A stretch of 64,000 nt of DNA from Octopus vulgaris (Eukaryota). Below the pieces are notes generated by a model that had not been told where the DNA came from, did no database searches, and saw nothing but the letters and a program-made list of their open reading frames with translations. Made by a program: the position numbers and the translations under genes. Of the stretch, positions 54,316 to 64,000 are shown piece after piece. Where the stretch lies: NCBI GenBank assembly GCA_951406725.2, contig OX597815.1:30070001-30134000 (forward strand), written 5' to 3'. Position 1 is the first letter of the stretch. Every line of letters starts with the position of its first letter.

Positions 54316-54731
54316 GTATTTCTTTATTGCCCACATGGGGCTAAACATAGAGGGGACAAACAAGGACAGACAAACGGATTAAGTTGATTACATCGACCCC
54401 AGTGCGTAACTGGTACTTTATTTATCGACCCCGAAAGGATGAAGGGCAAAGTCGACCTCGGCGGAATTTGAACTTAGAACGTAACGACAAACGAAATACC
54501 TATTTCTTTACTACCCACAAGGGGCTAAACACAGAGAGGACAAACAAGGATAGAAAAACGGATTAAGTCGATTATATCGACACCAATGCGTAACTGGTAC
54601 TTATTTAATCGACCTCGAAAGGATGAAAGGCAAAGTCAACCTCGGTGGAACTTGAACTCAGAACGTAATGACAGACGAAATACGGCTACGCATTTCGCCC
54701 GGCGTGCTAACGATTCTGCCAGCTCGCCGCC
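54316..54731 (-). mobile_element. SINE family B dimer (2 x 184 bp plus head) inside one TSD
   Basis: Units at 54316 and 54500; TSD GCGAC(A/T)GGAAAATATAT at 54299-54315 and 54735-54751. Confidence 0.9.
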
Positions 54732-55490
54732 ACTGCGACTGGAAAATATATCTTCATATATTGTTGACCGATAATTGCTAATCTTGTATTTATTATCGAT
54801 GTCTGTCGTAATGAATCTTCTTTATTTCCATTATGTTTTCTGACTTTCATCGTGCTGCTTATTGACTCTTCCAGTTGCATTTCACTATTTTTCTATGAGA
54901 GGAGTTTGCTAGTTGTTCAGCCAACTTTTTTTTCCTTTTCGGCAACACTTCTTCTGATTCAACATAACCCAATCCAATAGAAAGAGAGTGAAGGGAGGGA
55001 TAGAGAGAAAGAGAGGGCGAGTGAGAAAGGGAGGAAGAGAGAGGGGCGGCGAGGAGGGGGAGAATACAAAACCGAGAACACAAGAACAAAGAACCAATCC
55101 TCTGCTTGTAGTAAAACAAAATAGTTGTTAGATAATTAGGCAGGTTAATGCTGCATCCGGGTTGGTGTAGGAGGTCCAAATATGACGAAAGATAAGCGTG
55201 TTTTGCAGAGTGGGCTGAAAGAACCCGGATATTCTCTGGTAGCTGCTTAACGAAGTAACGCAATCGAGAGGTGCTAAATACTCCCTGTCGCAGCTTAATG
55301 AAGTAGCGCAATCGGGAAGTGCTAAAAAGGTTGTGACCTCAAATCAGCAGATAGTGAAAGGGGTCTTACGCAATGCAAGTTATACCGTATGTGTGACATG
55401 TAACGTATTTGCGGCTGTGTTTGAATATCTGTCTGTCTCAGTGTTTCTGTGTACGTCATTAAATTATGCTGCTATTTAGATACTCTCTGT

Positions 55491-55880
55491 CTATCCGCTC
55501 AGTCGAAGTCGACTCTCGGTTACTCGTTGGATCAGTGTCCTCCAGTCAGTTCTATTCTGGGCCGCTTCTTTCAGATTGGCTATGTCCATTCCGGTATCAC
55601 TCTTGAGGGTGTCAAGCCAGCGGGTTCTTGGTCGCCCTCTTCCTCTCTTGCCACTGACCATTCCGAGCATGATGTCCTTCTCCGCATAATATGATTTTCT
55701 CCGCATAATATGACCGAAATATGCCAATCTATGCTTGGTGATCCTAGCTTCTAGCGACATTTTCGGCCTTATCTGCTTAAGAACTTCTCCATTGGTGAGC
55801 CTCGCTGTCCATGGAATCCGAAAAAGTCTTCTCCAACACCAGAGCTCGAATGCATTAATTCTCTTCTGGTCATTTAGATG
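55491..55880 (-). mobile_element. 5'-truncated BovB-like RTE LINE C-terminus
   Basis: RINAFELWCWRRLFRIPWTAR...YFGHIMRR...EKDIMLG...RGRPRTRWLD...RVTESRLRLS closely follows the BovB/RTE C-terminal pattern. Confidence 0.85.
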
Positions 55881-56148
55881 CACCCATTTAAAATTCCATT
55901 CCATGTTGCTCCAGTCGGTTCAGCTGCCAAAAGTAACTAATCCTGCGACGGATCGATGTCCCGTCAAGTGGGCGTGGGAATATATACGTCATAAAAACCG
56001 TCGTATATGACTCAAAAACGATCTTTACTTAAAACTTTAACTTAACGGTCCGACAAATAGATCATAAAATAGAGCATTAAAATACCAAAAGAAGTACTGT
56101 AGTATATATGATCAAATCGACTAAAACTTTTGAAAATGGTCATATATA

Positions 56149-56317
56149 CAGGCGCATGAGTGGCTGTGTGGTAAGTAGCTTGCTTACCAACCACATGGTT
56201 CTGTGTTCAGTCCCACTGCGTTGCACCTTGGGTAAGTGTCTTGTACTATAGTCTCGGGCCGACCAAAGCCTTGTGAGTGGATTCGGTAGATGGAAACTGA
56301 AAGAAGCCCATCGTACA

Positions 56318-56353
<36 letters not shown>

Positions 56354-56670
56354 TGTATGTATGTATGTATGTATGTATGGATGGATGGATGGATGTATGT
56401 ATGCATGTATGTATGTATGTATGTATGTACGTACGTATGCGTGTGTATGTGTTTGTGTTTCTGTGTTTGTTCCCCCATCATCGCTTGGCAACCGATGCTG
56501 GTGGGTTTACGTCCCCGTAACTTAGCGGTTCGGCAAAAGAGACCGATAGAATAAGTACTAAGCTTCCAAAGAATAGGTCCTGTGATCGATTTGCTCGACT
56601 AAAGGCGGTGCCCCAGCATGGCCGCAGTGAAATGACTGAAACAAGTAAAAAAGAATAAAGAGTAAGAGTA
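56149..56670 (+). mobile_element. SINE family A, full length, with an expanded internal (TATG)n
   Basis: Head-to-tail match. Confidence 0.9.
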
Positions 56671-56747
56671 TACTGTAACAACACTTGCGGGACAGAAACC
56701 AATAAACAAATAAAATTAGAAATGAAATACATTCGCATATCTCTGAG

Positions 56748-56874
<127 letters not shown>

Positions 56875-57344
56875 TCACATCATTTGAAATTAACTAATTA
56901 ATCAGCTCCCAGTTCTTGGGGAAGAGCATCTGGCCTTATGTAGTAGTTGCGATACTAGACTTCTTCGGTGTTTCAATTATATTGTTGATATGAATCATAA
57001 CCATTCGAGAGACTTCGGGAAAAGTCTTTGAAGACACCTGGTATATTCTACAAAGTAATGTTTGGCATTTACTTTACCAATGGAAATATTTGTTCGACGC
57101 TGAAGTCTGCATCAATGCGAATAAACTGAAACACGTGTCGAAATACGTCTTTGCTGTTTCGCTATGATGTGTGCTTGTAGATGTACCTTGTAAAACACAT
57201 GCTGTTCAAAGGAAAGATTGCTTTTATCAGTTTGGTTTTTGTTTTCTTTGTATTGGAAGAATGCATACGTTCACAGACACTCCTTCTTTTTCAATTTACC
57301 ATTCCCTGTCTTTTCTGCCACATACACGTACACACACACAATTC

Positions 57345-57414
<70 letters not shown>

Positions 57415-57537
57415 ATATATATATATATACATACGCATTCACATAAAGAAATATACAAACTTAAAAATATGCATATGCATATATATGTACAAACTTAAGA
57501 ATTTATGTATATATACGTGTACATGAATATAAATATT

Positions 57538-57596
<59 letters not shown>

Positions 57597-57935
57597 TACA
57601 TACAAACATGCACACACTCACACACGCACAAACGCACACACACACACACACACACGCACATATATCTACAAATTTACATACAAACATACATGTGCACACA
57701 TGTGATGTGAGCATATATGTTGGTGTAAGTAAATAATGTTTGCATGCTTCCTCACGCGCGTGTGTGTATACATTAACTAATGCATAAATGTGGTTATTAC
57801 AATTTCAGCCGACAACTACACAAATATTATTGGGGATTATTATTTGTATAGAAATATCAGCTGAGTAAGAAAAACTAGAACACACAGCGTAGGTCAAAAA
57901 TGTTCCTTACTTTTTTTTTTGTATATTTCTAAGTA

Positions 57936-58506
57936 TTGGGTTGTCCTGAAAGTTCGTGCCGATTTTTAAAGGAAAGAAAAAGGTCAATAAATACTTGCCA
58001 TTAGATTTTTAATCAACCAAATATGAACCATTTTGTTGCACAGTGCGTCTCCATCTTTCCTTTAACTTGAATATACCCTCTTCCCAGAATTGAGGTGGTT
58101 TCATGGCAAAGAATTCATTCATCAAGGCATCTTTTTACTTCATCCAAGGAATTGAAATTTTTACCATTAAGATTATTCTGCAGAGACCTGAATAAGTGGA
58201 AATCCGAAGGAGCAATATCTGGTGAATATGGAGGGTGGGGTAACACATCCCAGCTGAGCTGCAGCAATATTTATCTGGTTCCCAAAGCATCAAGTGCCGA
58301 AAATGAACTCACTTATCTTCCATTTTAAAGGGTTACAGAATTAATACAGGTTATAGGAACATAAACCTTTCACCCACGAAAAGACAGCTTAAACTGTGCT
58401 CTAAATGGAGGTGTAGTCGAATCCTATTTTATGGACTCAACCACGTTCTAAAATAAATTGGAAGGTAAGCTACTATAAATCGGCACGAACTTTCTGGACA
58501 ACCCAA
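57936..58506 (-). mobile_element. Internally deleted mariner element (571 bp) with intact ~30-bp TIRs and a TA TSD
   Basis: TA-TTGGGTTGTCCTGAAAGTTCGTGCCGATTT ... AAATCGGCACGAACTTTCTGGACAACCCAA-TA. The minus strand encodes WDVLPHPPYSPDIAPSDFHLFRSLQNNLNGKNF (mariner YSPDLAP motif). Confidence 0.93.
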
Positions 58507-59034
58507 TATTTTGTCTGACTGGAGTCAAGGTAGCATAATGCTGTACTGATGATTTTTATTGAAGCAGAAACATATATATACACAGAAACATACGTAAAAA
58601 GTACAAACATAACACAACAGATATTGTTGTTTGGGACAGAAAAGAAAAAGTGCATACCGTCATAGATTATTGATTCACATTTATATCAACAATAAATGGT
58701 GCAGCTAGTTTCGTGAATAAATACCTAAGTGAAAAACTGGATAGACTAGGGTTTTCAGCAAAAGAAAACAACCAATTCGCACAACACAAATACAATTTGT
58801 AAGTGGAACAATAAAAATATGCATGAGTTTTTCTGAAGTTCCAAATGTGTATTTGTTTTAGTTATCTAGATTACAGTGATGAGTTTTGTTTCTTTGTTAG
58901 AAATCAACTCTTCCTCAGAGGAAGATTTCAAATAGTTGAAAACAGAAGCGAACACACACACATATATATATATATATATATGCTGCTTTGTTTTCATAGG
59001 AAAGAAAAAATGCGCAATAGATGTAATAGAGATT

Positions 59035-59359
59035 TATTTCTTTACTACCCACAAGGGGCTAAACACAGAGGGGACAAACAAGGACAGACAAACGGATTAA
59101 GTCGATTAGATCGACCCCTGTGCGTGACTGGTACTTATTTAATCGACCCCGAAAGGATGAAAGGCAAAGTCAACCTCGGCGGAATTTGAACTCAGAACGT
59201 AACGGCAGACGAAATACCGCTAAGCATTTCGCCCGGCGTGCTAACGATTCTGCCAGCCCGCCGCCTTAAGAACACAACGCGTCGCCCGGTCTAGGAATCG
59301 AAATCACAATCTTACGATCATGATGCTGACACCCTAACCACTAAGCCACGCGCCTCCAC
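59035..59359 (-). mobile_element. Chimeric SINE: family C tRNA head (59268-59359) fused to a complete family B unit, with an 18-bp TSD
   Basis: TSD ATAGATGTAATAGAGATT at 59017-59034 and 59360-59377. Confidence 0.88.
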
Positions 59360-60289
59360 ATAGATGTAATAGAGATTATAGTGCTTGCGAATCAGCTGAT
59401 GAATGTCTCCATTGCAACTTCGAAATTGACACCCGTTTAGTCGTATACGCATGCTTATTTAGACAATAGTTCGTGAATAATGCATAATGATGGTAGACAC
59501 CGAGTAGATCATCTCTCATTAGTCAAGACAGGCCATACCCCTAACATAATGGGCCGTTGGCAGCCATACTGGCTTAAATCACACACAAGATGACTTTATG
59601 AATGCTTCACCTGGGTTGACATGGTGCAAATAATAACAGCTAAAACCTCGAGACAAAGAAAAAATTAAATAAAAATATTGTTTTAATCTGTTTATTAAGT
59701 TAGCAATTAGAGAATTTTGCAAAAAGAAATATAACCACAAACAACAAAACAGTCAAATCGAGAAAAACCGTTCGTTCAACGCCTTGTTTTGTACACCAAA
59801 AATATATATATTATGATAAAGAGAATTATAATAAAAAGCGAAAACAAGCTAAAAATAAAATAGACTATCTTTTCTATAATTTAGACCTGTCAACAAAGTA
59901 GAGAATGTTAACGACACCTGTCAAGAGAACGAAACAGAGAAATTACATGACTTTGACTAATAGTATATGACTAAATGGTATAAAGTTTATCGAGAGAAAC
60001 ACGCAAGGTGTAAACTGTCATATTTTCAAGTAATTTCTTTGATAGTAAATAAAACAAAATTCCATCGCCAAAACAGACATATTCATTCAGTGATTCAGTT
60101 TTATACTTTGGTTTCAACCTAAATTACTTACATATATACATATATAGCCCCTTCATTTCACCCAAACTGTCTCTTATAACACACAAACCAACACACACAA
60201 ACACACACATATACACACATATATATACGTATATTTATATGCATGTGTGTACTTCTATATATGTATACATATGTAGGTGTATATTTAAG

Positions 60290-60332
<43 letters not shown>

Positions 60333-60632
60333 TTGTGTGTCTGTAAGTAGCTTTAAGCAAATATACTATGCTGAATCTATGTGCGAATGCGCTTGTGTGT
60401 CTGGCAATGGTAATTTGTTTTATTTACTTTCAAAATAATTACTTGAGTATATGTATGTATGTATATGTATCTACGTATGCATGTATGTATGCATATATGT
60501 ATGCACACACAGGCACTCATATATGTATATGTATGTATAAGTGTGTGTTTATGTATTTATAAATAAATATATATGCATAAGATATTTATTTACACATGTA
60601 TATATGTATATATATACACATATACATGTACT

Positions 60633-60678
<46 letters not shown>

Positions 60679-61392
60679 AGTGTATATATATGCACTTAGC
60701 TGAATGTGTGCATATTTTAGTTGCATTTGTGTACGTTTGTGTTTGAGGATGAGGCATCACTCACAGACGTACTTTGAGATATTCGTGTGAAATTTATTTT
60801 CATTTCAAATTGCCCAACGACTTATCAAATGACGTAGAAAATTTGTGCTTATTTATTACGTCCATTTTCCTTATATCTGACATTAATTGTGTCTGACAAA
60901 AACCGTATAAAACATTATTTTGTTGGGCCTTACAGTGGTAGAGTTAGTCGATAGTTAAGCGTACAGTGTTAAGTTTCAATACTCGTTTTCAGAACGACAT
61001 GAATGTCATAATTTTCTTGTTGCTCAAAGTAAAATTTTTGAAAATTCCTATCTAGTATGTAAGAGCAATTATCTACCTATAAACTTTCACAAACTCAGTT
61101 AGAGACACTCATGTAGGTGACGAACGGTAACATGAAACTAGGTTTTGTAGCTTTTGAAGCTCCAATTTTCAAATAATATGCAACCACACAGAAACACGTT
61201 TCTTGCTATCTGATGACATCCCTGACACCCCTGCTGCTTGCTGTGTTTTTATATTCCTTGCTGTGACAATTACTACAGCAGCAAAAAGTCACTCCACGCT
61301 GAAGCGTATACGAACGTGTTAAATGTATTTGTACATACAAACATACGTACACACACATACACATACATATAAGTATATATAAAAATTAATCT

Positions 61393-61719
61393 ATCTGTGA
61401 AAGAAGGAAAGTTGTAAATCTAGTCGAGTTAACGGTTCCTCATGAAGATAATATGGAAGCCGCTCGAGCTCGAAAGATTGACCTTTATGTAAACCTCCTC
61501 GAGGAATGTGAAGACGCAGGCTGGAAAGCAGAGCATTTTCCAATCGAAGTCGAATGTAGAGGGTTTGTTGGACACAGTGTGAGATGACTGTTGTTATCGT
61601 TAGGCCTGACTCATCGTAAAGTCAGTACCACCATGGCTGATATCCAAACTACAGTGGAGAAGGCTAGCCACTGGATTTGGTTAAAAAGAGATGATGAACG
61701 ATGGCTAGAAGAATATTGA
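61393..61719 (+). mobile_element. HERO/R2-superfamily non-LTR retrotransposon C-terminus (restriction-like endonuclease) with one in-frame stop
   Basis: Manual translation: ICERRKVVNLVELTVPHEDNMEAARARKIDLYVNLLEECEDAGWKAEHFPIEVECRGFVGHSVR*LLLSLG...VEKASHWIWLKRDDERW. The ELTVP, RK..Y, PIEV.CRGF and AS.WIWLKR motifs are present; TGA at 61585-61587. Confidence 0.8.
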
Positions 61720-62104
61720 GCTTTATTTGATAACCAGTTGATCTAGCAAGCGGGGCCTCATATCAGTGAGGGGGGCCGGTGCGCATTGATGCCGTCGAGA
61801 TGTGGGCACCGAAACGTCGCTCATTCTCTTCTGAAGACCCCATACACTTGCTGGCTTCCAGTATGCGGAGTTTTGAGTGGTAGCACTTACATGTGCAAGT
61901 TGTTTGCAAGACATCTAATGAAATTAGAACTGCTTGAATCGTTTCTTGGATGTTAAATCTGATGGCTGAAAGAAGCTTTTCTGTGATCGGAGCGCCAATA
62001 TTTCACTAGTATATACTTTCAATATAAAAGGCAATTATATATAAATATTTAGTGTTTTATTAATTGTGCAATGCATCTATGTATAATTACATAACAGTAA
62101 TCAA

Positions 62105-62300
62105 AGCGTGCAGCATAGTATTTCGGGCATGGCACTCATGATCATAAGACCGTCTTTTCGATTCCCAGACCGGGTGATTCATTGTGTTCTTGAACGAAAC
62201 ACTTCATTTCACTCTGCTCCAATCCACTCAGCTTTCATTGAGTTCCAGTAATTGCTGGCAATTTTAACCTGACGTTCCGTTCAGGGTGGTGGTGGTCACG
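62105..62300 (+). mobile_element. SINE family C, diverged
   Basis: CATGATCATAAGA..TTCGATTCCCAGACCGGG..TTGTGTTCTTGA..ACTTCATTTCAC.CTGCTCCAATCCACTCAGCT. Confidence 0.65.
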
Positions 62301-63108
62301 TGATGGCAGTCGTTTATACACCTTAAATACCTACGGTTAAGTGCATGTAACAGCACAGATTTAATGTATATGTGCCTGTAGGTGTATATTAATCTGTGTG
62401 TGTGTATGTGTGTATGTGCGTGTGTGTGTATGTGTGTGTGTGTGTGTGCGTGTGCGTTTGTGTGTTTGTATGTGTGTTTGTGCAGATATATATAAACAAA
62501 GAAATGCTATCACACATATATATATATATCTACACACACTCACACACACATCTGTGTGCGCGTGTGTGTGTGTGTGTGTATATATATATATGCACATAGA
62601 GTACTTAAACGCATTTATCGATAAACATCTCTTAATAGATATACTTACATTCATACGCAATACAAAACTTACACGCACAGACGCACGCACACACACAAAT
62701 ACACGCATACGCACACACACACACACACTCACATGCATGCATCCAACTACATTTGTAGACAAAATATATCATGCAGATACGTGCAGTTATACAAATATAA
62801 GCTGCACGCCTCCAGAATTGTATGTTTATATATATTTATAAACTATCCACACACACACTCGCCTGAAAACACACACATATACATTCACACATACACGCGC
62901 ATCCTTATACAAGTATACATCCATGAACATACATACATCAATACACGGAGATATAAACTTTCATGTATGTTAGTTAGTCACAATTGTGTGCTAGTTAAGA
63001 CTCCGCTTGCAGCCTGGTAACCTAGATTACAATGTTAGTGACTGCAGATGTTTATTTATATAAACACACACACAGACATACACACATATCTGTCTATCTA
63101 TCTATCTG

Positions 63109-63173
<65 letters not shown>

Positions 63174-64000
63174 ATATATATATATATATATCTACCTGTC
63201 TGTCTGTCTGTGTATCTATCGTCGTTGTCAGAGATGGAATCTCTCTACGTTGGGAATTTAATTCTATTGAATCTGTGTGTACTAAAATGGCTTCGTAAGC
63301 TTTTATGAAGACTAAAAGAAATATGACAATGGGGACACAACAATTAGAGCACCATCATCTTCTCTTTGATTCCTCTTTGTATTTACTTTCAAATCTTTTG
63401 CGGTCAGCTTTGAAATCTTTTTGCTCAGAACAGACAAAAAATGAACCAGTAGTCCGCGATGTAATGTCAATATTTACATTTTTTCATGTTTACTTCATTT
63501 TCTCCTTGTGTTGCAAATCATAGTTCATATTCGACGTGTGCCTTCCTGAACATGCCTTACTTACTGATGGTGATGGTATAACACTTCATGTTCTATACCG
63601 TTGTGCCTAAACCGATTACAAATTTCTTTATTCATTAAGTATGATAAGACAAATAACTTACTGGATCCTTTTCCAGATTTCTGTGTTGGAACAGACGTTA
63701 AACAGAAAATTCTTGCTTCAACCTTATTTGATCTATATATGTTACAGTTTTTGAAATACTATGAAAGAAAAGAAACAAATAGTATAATTCCAACATAGGA
63801 AGATATTTGATCCCATGTCTGCTTTGTCAGGGATTAAGAGAGATATAATTCACAACTAATACACAAGGAAATATTATTTTCTAATTTTAGCAAAATGACA
63901 GTAATTTGGAGAGAAAGGGAAAATCAATACCAAAATCTCAGCTGAAATTTTCATCCGGTATCGTTGTGATATATTTTCAGCTTTTTGAGTCTCACATCAA

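Noticed and set aside
59268-59359. tRNA gene
   Set aside because: A and B boxes are present, but it is the head of a TSD-bounded SINE and I could not fold a full cloverleaf.

Overview
AT-rich, microsatellite-saturated eukaryotic non-coding DNA, probably intronic or intergenic. The SINE families resemble those of octopus/coleoid cephalopods (my recognition, not a database result). I found no host protein-coding exon that I can support, and almost all ORFs in the track are translations of microsatellites. The interpretable content is transposon-derived. (1) Three tRNA-derived SINE families, here called A, B (Deu/Nin-like domain) and C. (2) LINE fragments: a Tx1-like ORF2 3' end in (TCTA)n, a zinc-knuckle ORF1 pseudogene, three RTE copies, a BovB-like RTE, a CR1 and a HERO/R2-type endonuclease end that the ORF track misses. 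(3) A non-autonomous Helitron, an internally deleted mariner with intact TIRs, a Tc1/maT relic and a MITE-like palindrome. (4) Penelope-type fragments carrying hammerhead ribozyme cores. The most notable observations are SINE-B arrays with an exact 184-bp period and the same junction at three independent loci (a possible self-priming or self-targeting amplification mechanism), a TSD-bounded C-head/B chimeric SINE, a possibly (TCTA)n-targeted Tx1 LINE, a near-intact type I hammerhead at 46436-46498, and several long fold-backs.
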